A DNA stretch of 27,449 nt from positions 62,001 to 89,449 of the IMG/VR virus record IMGVR_UViG_2617271287_000001. One strand, given 5' to 3'. Below, one piece after another: positions 1 through 8,563 of this stretch; the stretch's first letter is position 1; each line of letters begins with the position of its first letter. This DNA is from an uncultured virus (IMG/VR IMGVR_UViG_2617271287_000001). Taxonomy: Duplodnaviria; Heunggongvirae; Uroviricota; Caudoviricetes. Below the pieces are notes generated by a model that did no database searches, was not told where the DNA came from, and saw nothing but the letters and a program-made list of their open reading frames with translations. The position numbers were made by a program, and so were the translations under genes.

Positions 1-25
1 ACCCGGCCCTGGCGCCGGGTTTTTT
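1..25 (+). terminator. Rho-independent terminator
   Basis: ACCCGGC-cctggc-GCCGGGT hairpin followed by a T run. Confidence 0.75.
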
Positions 26-232
26 GTGCCAGCAAGACTCTGCCGAATGAGATAGCTAATTGCATTATCGATGCCCCGCCATACAGCGAGGCTCTTTCTT
101 CGCGAGCCTTTCCCGATACTTGGATGTAAATGTTCCGTTCGAGCCATAGGCCACCATTACCACCGATCTAACTTTGCTATCTATTCCTGTCGATAAGCCT
201 AGGGTAGGTACTCAACCCAAGGAGAAGACAAG

Positions 233-382
233 ATGAAAACTCAAGACAAGAACGGTAACGTGCAGGCCAGCCAACAAAGCAGCCAAGAACAGAAAACCGA
301 TCCGGTCCAAACTCAGGTTCCCGGCAAAGACCAGAAACCGGCCAACGAGGAAAAGAAGGATGGGCGGGTCTGGAAAGGTTGA
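233..382 (+). CDS. Small hydrophilic 49-aa protein (MKTQDKNGNVQASQQSSQEQKTDPVQTQVPGKDQKPANEEKKDGRVWKG)
   Basis: AAGGAG at 219-224, 8 nt before ATG233; open frame to TGA 380-382; below the ORF-track length cutoff. Confidence 0.6.
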   Translation: MKTQDKNGNVQASQQSSQEQKTDPVQTQVPGKDQKPANEEKKDGRVWKG

Positions 383-653
383 GGCAGGTTTTCTGGCCGA
401 AGCCCCGCCGTTAACTTTCTGCACTCAACATCAGAAAGTTAGTTATGTCGCCACCAGAGCGATCGTTAAGAATTAGATCTAGATGCCTGATCAGCCGGTA
501 AGTGCAGGTGTTAGGCAAGAACTCCGGCAACTCCTACGCGCCTTTTCGATTGATGGGGCCGGTAGGTGGTTCTCCAGCGAGACCAGTGTAGTTGGATGCT
601 GGCGCTGGGGAGCCTTTGGTGGGCGGCGTGGGAAGACACGCATCGAACAAATC

Positions 654-683
654 AAGCCCAGCCATAGCGCTGGGCTTTTTGTT
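654..683 (+). terminator. Rho-independent terminator in late leader (tR'-like position)
   Basis: AAGCCCAGC-catagc-GCTGGGCTT followed by TTTGTTT. Confidence 0.8.
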
Positions 684-756
684 TGTGAAGATTACTCAAT
701 TCAAATTGGTTCAGTGTGAACGCACCATCAGCCGGTTTCTCCCGGCATTCAATCAT

Positions 757-783
757 GAGGCCCGCCGCGTGCGGGTCTTTCTT
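757..783 (+). terminator. Terminator-like hairpin just before the holin RBS
   Basis: GAGGCCCGC-cgcgt-GCGGGTCTT then TCTT. Confidence 0.5.
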
Positions 784-798
784 CATCTGGAGTACCCC

Positions 799-1188
799 AT
801 GGCTGAACCGACGAGCAGCGGAGCAGTAGCAGCAGCCGGCGCCGTCGGGCTCACTGCCACCGCGATCATCCCTGGAGTCGACGTCAATGCGGTGATCGGC
901 GGCTTCGCCGGCGCGCTGCTGTTCGTGCTCTGGGCCCACGACCTGACCATGGCCAGGCGCCTCGGCTACCTGCTGGCGTCCTGGGTGGGCGGCTACTACG
1001 CCGCCACAGAGGCTGTCGGGCGGGGCGCGACCCAGTTCTCCGGGCTGCCCGCACTGGTCACCGCCGCGCTGATCGTCACGATCCTGATCGGCGTGCTCGA
1101 CTGGATGATTGGTGGCCGCGCGCCGGCATGGCTCCAGATCGTTCTGCAGCGCATCGTCGGCATGATCGGAGGCCGGAAAGATGGTTGA
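799..1188 (+). CDS. Putative holin/antiholin (multi-TM membrane protein, 129 aa)
   Basis: GGAG RBS before ATG799 (MAEPTSSG...); several hydrophobic helices, 'AVIGGFAGALLFV' segment typical of phage putative holins; first gene of late operon. Confidence 0.75.
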   Translation: MAEPTSSGAVAAAGAVGLTATAIIPGVDVNAVIGGFAGALLFVLWAHDLTMARRLGYLLASWVGGYYAATEAVGRGATQFSGLPALVTAALIVTILIGVLDWMIGGRAPAWLQIVLQRIVGMIGGRKDG

Positions 1189-1465
1189 TCTGGTGACCCT
1201 GACGGCTGCGGCCGTCTGCGGCGCTATCAGTTGCCGCATCTTCACGTACCAGCGCCACGGTGCCACGTACCGGTTCGGCGTCTCGCTCTGCGCGTACATC
1301 CTCGCCGCTGGGACCGGCATGCAGGCGCTGTCGATCAGCCTGGCCGTGCTGATGGCGCGTCACGCAACGCCGATATCGCCCTACCTGCTGGCGGTCCTGC
1401 TGGTGCTGCTGGTGCTGGTCTACCGCAACAAGGGCAACATCGCGCCCATCCTGAGGCTCAGTTGA
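1181..1465 (+). CDS. Phage holin family protein (3 TM, 94 aa)
   Basis: Three hydrophobic segments, 'FTYQRHGATYRFGVS' loop and 'RNKGNIA' C-terminus typical of DUF754-type holins; overlaps previous gene. Confidence 0.75.
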   Translation: MVDLVTLTAAAVCGAISCRIFTYQRHGATYRFGVSLCAYILAAGTGMQALSISLAVLMARHATPISPYLLAVLLVLLVLVYRNKGNIAPILRLS

Positions 1466-1473
1466 GGTGATCC

Positions 1474-2016
1474 ATGGCGCTAACAGCAAAACAGCGCCGC
1501 TTCGTCGCCGAGTATCTGCTTGACCTCAATGCGACCCAGGCGGCAATCAGGGCCGGGTACAGCAAGAATCGCGCGTCCGAGATCGGTTACCAACTGCTGC
1601 AGAAGCCGGACATCACATCCGCCATCCAGGCGGCTATGAAGGAGCGCGCCGAGCGCACCAGGTCTGACGCCGACTACGTCGTCCGGCGCCTGGAGGAGAT
1701 CGATCAGATGGACCTCCTGGACATTGTCAACGATGACCTGACCCTCCGCCCGCTCAGCCAGTGGCCCAAGGCCTGGCGCCAGTACCTCAGCGGCTTCGAC
1801 TTGGCCGAGATGTTCGAGGGCAAGGGCGATTCCCGCGCGGCGGTCGGCATCCTCAAGAAGATCAAATGGCCGGACAAGGTGAAGAACCTGGAACTGCTCG
1901 GCCGCCACCACGGCGTGTTCACCGACAAGTTCGAGCACTCGGGCCCCGGCGGCGGCCCGATTCCCACCATGCCGACCATGATCGAACTGGTGGCGCCTGG
2001 TGAAAGCACGGATTGA
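1474..2016 (+). CDS. terS: Terminase small subunit
   Basis: N-terminal 'LTAKQRRFVAEYLLDLNATQAAIRAGYS' HTH and 'DKVKNLELLGRHHGVF' motif; GAGG RBS. Confidence 0.95.
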   Translation: MALTAKQRRFVAEYLLDLNATQAAIRAGYSKNRASEIGYQLLQKPDITSAIQAAMKERAERTRSDADYVVRRLEEIDQMDLLDIVNDDLTLRPLSQWPKAWRQYLSGFDLAEMFEGKGDSRAAVGILKKIKWPDKVKNLELLGRHHGVFTDKFEHSGPGGGPIPTMPTMIELVAPGESTD

Positions 2017-3253
2017 ACTCCCACCGAAGCTGATTCCGGTCTTCTCCGGGCCCGCGAGGTACAGGGGCGCTTACGGCGGGCGCGGCAGCGGCAAGACCCG
2101 CAGCTTTGCCAAGATGGCGGCGATCCGGGCCTACATGTTCGCCGAGGCTGGTATCTCCGGGCAGATTCTCTGCGGCCGGGAGTACATGAACAGCCTGGAA
2201 GACTCCTCTATGGAGGAGGTCAAGCAGGCGATCCGGTCCGAACCCTGGCTCAACGCCTACTTCGAGATCGGCGAGAAGTTCATCCGCACCCGCAACCGAC
2301 GGGTGTGGTTCTCGTTCTCCGGCCTACGCCACAACCTCGATAGCATCAAGTCGAAGGCGCGCATCCTCATCGCATGGGTCGATGAGGCCGAGAACGTCAG
2401 TGAGATCGCCTGGCAGAAGCTGGTGCCGACGGTTCGCGAGTGCGACTCCGAAGTCTGGATCACCTGGAACCCGGAGAAGGACGGCAGCCCTACCGACACC
2501 CGGTTCCGGAAAAACATGCCGGCCGGCGCCAAGATCGTCGAACTGAACTACACGGACAATCCCTGGTTCCCCGACGTCCTCGATCAGGAGCGCCTGAACG
2601 ACAGGGAGTCGCTGGACGACCAGACCTACGCTTGGATCTGGGATGGCGCCTACCGCGAGAACAGCGACGCGCAGATCCTGTCCGGCAAGTACCGAGTGGC
2701 GGAGTTCACGCCTGAACCGGGCTGGGATGGCCCCTACTACGGGCTGGACTGGGGGTTCAGTCAGGACCCCACAGCCGGCGTGAAGCTCTGGGTGCACGAT
2801 CGCCGGCTCTGGGTCGAGTACGAAGCCAGCAAGGTCGGCCTCGAAAACGACGACATCGCCCAGTTCATGATCGACCGTCTGCCTGGCATCGAACTGCACG
2901 CCGTGCGGGCCGATTCGGCCAGGCCGGAGACAATCAGCCACGTCAAGAGCAAGGGGCGTGACCACAAGCGCGCCAACTTGCCGCGCATCGAGCCGGTGGC
3001 GAAGTGGCAAGGCAGCGTCGAGGACGGCATCGCGCATCTGCGCAGCTACGTCGAGATTGTCATTCACGTGCGCTGTACCGGCTTCCTGCGCGAGGCCAGG
3101 CTCTACAGCTACAAGGTCGACCGCCTGACCGGTGACGTGCTCGCCGAGATCATCGACAAGAACAACCACTTCATGGACGCGAGCCGGTACGCGTTGGGCC
3201 CGCTGATCAAGCGCCGCGGCGCGGTCGGTATGCTGCTACCCGGAGCCCGCTGA
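2000..3253 (+). CDS. terL: Terminase large subunit (PBSX family)
   Basis: Walker A 'GGRGSGKT', Walker B 'AWVDEAE', nuclease motifs 'GLDWGFSQDP' and 'NHFMDASRYAL'. Confidence 0.96.
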   Translation: MKARIELPPKLIPVFSGPARYRGAYGGRGSGKTRSFAKMAAIRAYMFAEAGISGQILCGREYMNSLEDSSMEEVKQAIRSEPWLNAYFEIGEKFIRTRNRRVWFSFSGLRHNLDSIKSKARILIAWVDEAENVSEIAWQKLVPTVRECDSEVWITWNPEKDGSPTDTRFRKNMPAGAKIVELNYTDNPWFPDVLDQERLNDRESLDDQTYAWIWDGAYRENSDAQILSGKYRVAEFTPEPGWDGPYYGLDWGFSQDPTAGVKLWVHDRRLWVEYEASKVGLENDDIAQFMIDRLPGIELHAVRADSARPETISHVKSKGRDHKRANLPRIEPVAKWQGSVEDGIAHLRSYVEIVIHVRCTGFLREARLYSYKVDRLTGDVLAEIIDKNNHFMDASRYALGPLIKRRGAVGMLLPGAR

Positions 3254-3450
3254 TGGCCATCTTCATCCTCAAGGAGCGCGCTACCAGCCGCTCCATGGTT
3301 GTCCGTGCGCGCTGCACTACATGCGCCCGCACCGTGGCGGTCGAGAACGCCGGTGCCGAAGGGACGATGGTATGGCGTGACCCCAACCTCTCTTCTGTCG
3401 AACTGGTCCGCGAGACGGACAAGCCAGGCCTCATCCTGAAATCGGACTGA
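3253..3450 (+). CDS. Hypothetical 65-aa phage protein (CxxC)
   Basis: TGATG coupling to terL and 2-nt gap to the portal gene. Confidence 0.7.
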   Translation: MAIFILKERATSRSMVVRARCTTCARTVAVENAGAEGTMVWRDPNLSSVELVRETDKPGLILKSD

Positions 3451-3452
3451 CC

Positions 3453-4823
3453 ATGACTGACAAACTCGACCTCGCGGTCAATCACGCGATGAGCAGTGCC
3501 ATCGCGCGTGCCCGAATGAGCCTGCTGAACCAGGGCATTGGCCATGACGCGAAGCGGCCCCAGGCATGGTGCGAGTACGGATTCCCCCAGGAAATCACGT
3601 TCAACGACCTGTACACCATGTACCGCCGGGGCGGCATCGCCCATGGCGCGGTCGAGAAGATCGTCACCACTTGCTGGAAGACGAATCCGCAGGTCATCGA
3701 GGGTGACGACCAGGACCGCTCCAAGGACGAAACCGAGTGGGAGAGGAAGAACAAGCCGTTGATAGCAGGCGGCAGGTTCTGGCGGGCTGTCTCCGAAGCC
3801 GACCGGCGCCGCCTTGTTGGTCGTTATTCCGGGTTGCTCCTGCACATCAGGGATAGCCAGCCGTGGGACAGGCCTGTCACGGGAAAGGTCAATGGCCTGG
3901 CGAAGGTCACCCCGGCCTGGGCTGGCTGCCTTAAACCCAAGACGTTCGACGAAAAACAGGATAGCGAGACCTACGGGCAGCCCACCATGTGGGAGTACAC
4001 CGAGGCCTCCCAAGCCGGTCGTCCGGGTCTGGTGCGAGATATTCATCCGGACCGGGTGTTCATCCTGGGAGACTGGACCAGCGATGCGATCGGATTCTTG
4101 GAGCCTGCCTACAACTCCTTCATCAGCCTGGAGAAGGTCGAGGGAGGCAGTGGCGAATCGTTCCTGAAGAACGCCGCACGCCAGCTCCTGCTGAACTTCG
4201 ACAAGGAGATTAACCTTGGCGAGATCGCCAGCACATACGGCGTGACCCTCGATGCGCTCAACGAGCGCTTCAACGAGGCTGCGCGCCAGCTCAACCTCGG
4301 CGTCGATGTCCTGCTCCCGACCCAAGGGGCGACCGTCACGCAAATGGTGTCGGCTGTTTCGGACCCCAGCCCAACCTACAACGTCAACCTGCAAACCGCC
4401 GCCGCCGGCGTCGACATCCCGACCAAGATCCTGGTGGGCATGCAGACCGGCGAAAGGGCGAGCAGTGAGGATCAGAAGTACCACAACGCCAGATGCCAGG
4501 CGCGCCGGGTGCAAGAACTGACGTTCGAGATCAATGACCTGTTCGGGCACCTGATGCGCATCGGCGTGGTCCCTCTGAAGGCCGAGTTTACGGCAATCTG
4601 GGATGACCTCACCGTTCCAACCAAGGCCGAGCGCCTGGCCAACTCCAAGACCATGAGCGAGATCAACAGCGCCGCAATCGGCACTGGCGAGCCGGTATTC
4701 ACCGCGGAGGAGATCCGCGAAGAGGCTGGCTACGACCCGCTCGTGGGCGGTGACCCGCTGCCTGATACCGAACCGGAGGATGAAGATGCCGCGCGCACCG
4801 ATCCTACCGGCGAGCAGCAGTGA
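3453..4823 (+). CDS. Portal protein (DUF1073/HI1409-like)
   Basis: 456 aa after terminase; 'MYRRGGIAHGAVEK', 'DIPTKILVGMQTGERASSEDQKY', 'AEEIRE' motifs. Confidence 0.85.
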   Translation: MTDKLDLAVNHAMSSAIARARMSLLNQGIGHDAKRPQAWCEYGFPQEITFNDLYTMYRRGGIAHGAVEKIVTTCWKTNPQVIEGDDQDRSKDETEWERKNKPLIAGGRFWRAVSEADRRRLVGRYSGLLLHIRDSQPWDRPVTGKVNGLAKVTPAWAGCLKPKTFDEKQDSETYGQPTMWEYTEASQAGRPGLVRDIHPDRVFILGDWTSDAIGFLEPAYNSFISLEKVEGGSGESFLKNAARQLLLNFDKEINLGEIASTYGVTLDALNERFNEAARQLNLGVDVLLPTQGATVTQMVSAVSDPSPTYNVNLQTAAAGVDIPTKILVGMQTGERASSEDQKYHNARCQARRVQELTFEINDLFGHLMRIGVVPLKAEFTAIWDDLTVPTKAERLANSKTMSEINSAAIGTGEPVFTAEEIREEAGYDPLVGGDPLPDTEPEDEDAARTDPTGEQQ

Positions 4824-5709
4824 CCCGACCGGGGTAGATCGACTGGAAAGGGGCGCAATGCGCGAGTTCGACAGGCGCATGCGGAAAATCCGGGATGGCT
4901 ATGTCGCTGCCTTGGACCGAATCCCGGCCCAGCCGGTGGTGAATGAGCAGTACACCTACCGTCTCGACCAGGCCCTTCTCTCCGCGGCGTTCGCCGACAC
5001 CAACCTGATGGTCGACGAGATACTGCAGGAGGGCGGGGAGCGCGACCTCTGGTTCTTCGAATCCTATGTCGGGGTTGCCTACATCCGCGGTACCGCACAG
5101 ACGCATGCCAACCTGGCGCAGCAATCGCCTGCATACCGCGCCGGCCGGGAATCGCTGGATGTCCTGCTTCGATCCGACGCCTACCGCGCGCGGATGGCAC
5201 TGCTTCGCGCCCGGGAGTTCGAGGAGATGAAGGGATTGTCCGGCCAAGTCAAGGCCGACATGGCGCGCATTCTCGCCGAGGGCATGGGGCGCGGGAAGAA
5301 TCCCCGCGAAATCGCACGGGACCTGACCGCCCAGACCGGCATCGAGGCGCGTCGCGGCCATCGCATCGCACGCACCGAAGTCACAACCGCTCTCCGAAGG
5401 GCTCGCTGGGACGAAAAAGACGCTGCTGAGGCCGACTACGGCGTTCAGTCGAAGCTGATGCATATGTCGGCCCTGTCCCCCAGCACCAGGGCAACCCATG
5501 CGGCCAGGCACGCCAGGCTCTACACCTCGGACGAGGTGAGGGACTGGTACAGCCGAGACGGAAACTCGATCAACTGCAAGTGCAGCCAGGTCGAGGTACT
5601 GGTCGATGACGAAGGGAACCCGGTGGTCCCGGCCATCGTCGAGCGCGCGCGCCGCAACTACCAAGTCATGAAAGCCAAAGGGCGCGGGCCCTGGGCGAAA
5701 GAGGATTGA
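4786..5709 (+). CDS. Minor head morphogenesis protein (SPP1 gp7/MuF family)
   Basis: GGAGG 6 nt before ATG4786; 'RIARTE', 'TRATHAARH', 'NCKCS' motifs; follows portal. Confidence 0.9.
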   Translation: MPRAPILPASSSDPTGVDRLERGAMREFDRRMRKIRDGYVAALDRIPAQPVVNEQYTYRLDQALLSAAFADTNLMVDEILQEGGERDLWFFESYVGVAYIRGTAQTHANLAQQSPAYRAGRESLDVLLRSDAYRARMALLRAREFEEMKGLSGQVKADMARILAEGMGRGKNPREIARDLTAQTGIEARRGHRIARTEVTTALRRARWDEKDAAEADYGVQSKLMHMSALSPSTRATHAARHARLYTSDEVRDWYSRDGNSINCKCSQVEVLVDDEGNPVVPAIVERARRNYQVMKAKGRGPWAKED

Positions 5710-5712
5710 GCC

Positions 5713-6990
5713 ATGCCCATGCAGGTCAACATCACCACCCAGGTCAACAGCACCAGCATTCGGCGTGAGACACACAACGGGCGCGAACATCTGGTTCTGC
5801 CGAGCTACACCCTGCCGGCCGGCGTGATCATGAACGGTGGTCTCTACACCGCCGAGCAGATCGACAAGCACTACCCAGGCCTGGAGGGAACGCTGGCGCC
5901 GCTCGGGCACCCGATGGTCGACGGGAAGTTCGTGTCTGCGTTCTCGCCTGAAGGGATCAACGCCGCCCACGTCGGCGCCTGGAACCGCAACGTGAAGAAA
6001 TCAGGCAACCGGGTCTACATGGAGAAGTGGGTCGACGTCGAGTTCGCCAAGTCCACGGAGGGCGGCCGTGAACTGTTGCAGCGCGTCGAAGCGCTGGAGA
6101 AGGGGGAGGACGTCCCCCCGATCCATACCAGCGTTGCCGCATTCCTCAATCGCATCGAGCCGAACGAAAGCCAGCGTGCCCAGGGCGCGGAGTGGGTCGC
6201 CGACATCCAGAGCATGGACCACGACGCGATCCTGCTGCACGAAGTAGGGGCGGCCACTCCTGAGCAGGGCGTCGGCCTGATGGTAAACGCCGACCAGGCT
6301 GTCCCGCTTCAGCCGAATTCCGGCGCTCTGGTTGGCGAGTCCTATCGGGAGCGGGAGCAGCGTCTCGATCGCGCCGCAAAGGAGCGATTCGCCTCCGGCC
6401 CTGACCAGTACGCATGGGTTGCCGACTTCACCGACTCTCAGGCTGTGATCAGCCGCAATGGCGGTGTGACCGAGGTGTACGGCTACAAGGTCGAGGCAGG
6501 GAAGATCGTCTTCGACGAATCCGGCCAGCCCGTTGTCAGGCAAGAGTCCTGGGTCGCCATGGTAGCCAACAGCATCAAGAACATTTTCACCCATCGTCAG
6601 GCTCGGCCTGATCAACCTGAGAAGGAGGGCGACATGCCCCTGACCCCCGAAGAAAAGGCCGAAATCGTGAAGGAAATCGGCACCAACACCTCCAGCGCCA
6701 TCAAGGAACTGGCGGACACCATCATCAAGCCCCTGGCCGACAAGGTCGACGGCCTGGTCGCCAATCACAAGGCGCTGGCCGATACGCTGACCGCCAACCA
6801 GCGCGCCGAGGAAGACAGCATGCGCGAAGCGGTCAAGGCCAAGTTTGGCGAGGTCATCGCCAACAGCCTGGCCGGCGACGCGCTCAAGGAAATGTTCAAG
6901 CAGTGCGGCGAATCCGCTCCGCTGGGCGCCAATGCTGCCACCGACAAAGGCGGACTCACCGCCGATATCGCCAACCTGCCGAAGGAGTAA
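5713..6990 (+). CDS. Prohead protease/scaffold protein (DUF2213-like)
   Basis: Position before decoration/capsid genes; 'GHP', 'DHDAILL..GA' motifs; helical charged C-terminal part with internal GGAGGG RBS before MPLTPEEK. Confidence 0.75.
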   Translation: MPMQVNITTQVNSTSIRRETHNGREHLVLPSYTLPAGVIMNGGLYTAEQIDKHYPGLEGTLAPLGHPMVDGKFVSAFSPEGINAAHVGAWNRNVKKSGNRVYMEKWVDVEFAKSTEGGRELLQRVEALEKGEDVPPIHTSVAAFLNRIEPNESQRAQGAEWVADIQSMDHDAILLHEVGAATPEQGVGLMVNADQAVPLQPNSGALVGESYREREQRLDRAAKERFASGPDQYAWVADFTDSQAVISRNGGVTEVYGYKVEAGKIVFDESGQPVVRQESWVAMVANSIKNIFTHRQARPDQPEKEGDMPLTPEEKAEIVKEIGTNTSSAIKELADTIIKPLADKVDGLVANHKALADTLTANQRAEEDSMREAVKAKFGEVIANSLAGDALKEMFKQCGESAPLGANAATDKGGLTADIANLPKE

Positions 6991-6993
6991 GCC

Positions 6994-7443
6994 ATGTCTC
7001 GCTATCGTCGCGTGAACATCGACGGCAAGTCGCTGTTCAAGACCGAAACCCGCAAGACCGCCGCGGCACTCCTGCCCGGCACGTTCGCCGTGATCAATGG
7101 CAGCGACCTGTTCGCCCAGGCAAGCGCCAGCGTTGGCCGCCTCTACGTCATCGACTGCGCTCACCACGAAGGGCTCAACATCCGCGATGAGGTTCCCGCC
7201 GGCCATTCGGCCGTGGGCAACTACGTCGAAGAGGGTCGCGAGCTCGCCGTGCTGTGCCCGGCCGGCACCTACAAGAAGGACACGCCGATCAAGCTCGGCA
7301 CCAGCGGCCAGGGTGCCATCGCGTCGAGCGATACCGACACGGTCCTCGGGTACAGCCAGGACGATGCAGTCATCGCCTCCGGCGAAACCGACTTCATCCG
7401 CATCCGCTTCCGTGTCGGCAGTGTCGCCGCCCCGGCGCCCTAA
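6994..7443 (+). CDS. Capsid decoration/cement protein
   Basis: 149 aa, beta-rich, between scaffold and major capsid; AAGGAG RBS. Confidence 0.65.
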   Translation: MSRYRRVNIDGKSLFKTETRKTAAALLPGTFAVINGSDLFAQASASVGRLYVIDCAHHEGLNIRDEVPAGHSAVGNYVEEGRELAVLCPAGTYKKDTPIKLGTSGQGAIASSDTDTVLGYSQDDAVIASGETDFIRIRFRVGSVAAPAP

Positions 7444-7458
7444 TAGGAGTACGGACAC

Positions 7459-8553
7459 ATGTTCCTCACCCAGCAAGCAATCGCCGCCCATCCTCGCCTG
7501 ATGGGCCACTACCAGGAGTTGCAGGCCAACCGCAACATCTGGAACAACCAGAACGCTGCGATGATCACCCACCACCGCGGCGCCATGACCCCCGAAATGC
7601 TGGCCTGCAACGCGCTCGCCGGCCTGGGTCGTGAGTTCTGGGCCGAGGTCGACGCCCAGATCATCCAGTACCGCAACCAGGAAACCGGCATGGAGATCGT
7701 CAACGATCTCCTGCAGGTGCAGACCGTGCTGCCGATCGGCAAGACCGCCAAGCTCTACAACGTGGTCGGCGACATCGCCGATGATGTGTCGGTGAGCATC
7801 GACGGCCAGGCCCCGTACTCCTTCGATCACACCGAGTACAACTCCGATGGCGACCCCATTCCGGTGTTCGCCGCCGGCTACGGTGTCAACTGGCGCCATG
7901 CCGCCGGCATGAACACCGTCGGCATCGACCTGGTTCTGGACTCGCAGGCTGCGAAGCTCCGCAAGTTCAACAAGCGGATCGTTGCCTACACCCTGGACGG
8001 CGCCACCAACATCCAGGTCGAGAACTACCCGGCTCAGGGTCTGCGCAATCACCGCAACACCATCAAGGTCAACCTGGGCTCCGGCGCCGGCGGCGCGAAC
8101 ATCGACCTGACCACCGCCACGCCGCAGCAGATCATCGACTTCTTCACCAAAGGCGCATTCGGCCAAGCTGCGCGTGCCAACAAGGTGGACGCCTACGATG
8201 TTCTCTGGGTTTCCCCGGAAATCAACGCCAACCTGTCCCAGCCCTACATGATCACCATGGGCGGCGGTGCCAACGCGGTGGTAGCCGGCACCGTGCTCGA
8301 TGCGGTCATGCGCTTCATCCCGGCGCGCGCGGTTCGCCAGACCTTCGCCCTGTCGGGCAACGAGTTCCTGGGCTACCAGCGCCGCCGCGACGTGGTCACC
8401 CCGCTGGTCGGCATGGCTACCGGTGTTATCCCGCTGCCGCGCCCGCTGCCGCAGGTCAACTACAACTTCCAGATCATGAGCGCCATGGGCATCCAGGTGA
8501 AGAAGGACGACGAAGGTCTGTCCGGCGTGATCTACGGCGCCAACCTGGCGTAA
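7459..8553 (+). CDS. Major capsid protein
   Basis: 364 aa, strong AGGAG RBS, highly biased codon usage, position in head module. Confidence 0.85.
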   Translation: MFLTQQAIAAHPRLMGHYQELQANRNIWNNQNAAMITHHRGAMTPEMLACNALAGLGREFWAEVDAQIIQYRNQETGMEIVNDLLQVQTVLPIGKTAKLYNVVGDIADDVSVSIDGQAPYSFDHTEYNSDGDPIPVFAAGYGVNWRHAAGMNTVGIDLVLDSQAAKLRKFNKRIVAYTLDGATNIQVENYPAQGLRNHRNTIKVNLGSGAGGANIDLTTATPQQIIDFFTKGAFGQAARANKVDAYDVLWVSPEINANLSQPYMITMGGGANAVVAGTVLDAVMRFIPARAVRQTFALSGNEFLGYQRRRDVVTPLVGMATGVIPLPRPLPQVNYNFQIMSAMGIQVKKDDEGLSGVIYGANLA

Positions 8554-8563
8554 GGAGAACGAC

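Noticed and set aside
212..424. Minus-strand 70-aa hydrophobic ORF
   Set aside because: GTG start without clear RBS; its hydrophobicity is the expected mirror of the A-rich plus-strand ORF 233-382, which has a strong RBS
592..798. N-terminal extension of the holin ORF
   Set aside because: Runs through terminator hairpins; the RBS supports ATG799
3453..4823. Anti-CBASS (Acb1) label sometimes attached to DUF1073 proteins
   Set aside because: Size and position indicate a portal; no fused 2H-phosphodiesterase domain is evident
4786..5709. MuF polymorphic toxin
   Set aside because: Protein ends shortly after the NCKC motif; no C-terminal toxin extension or adjacent immunity gene
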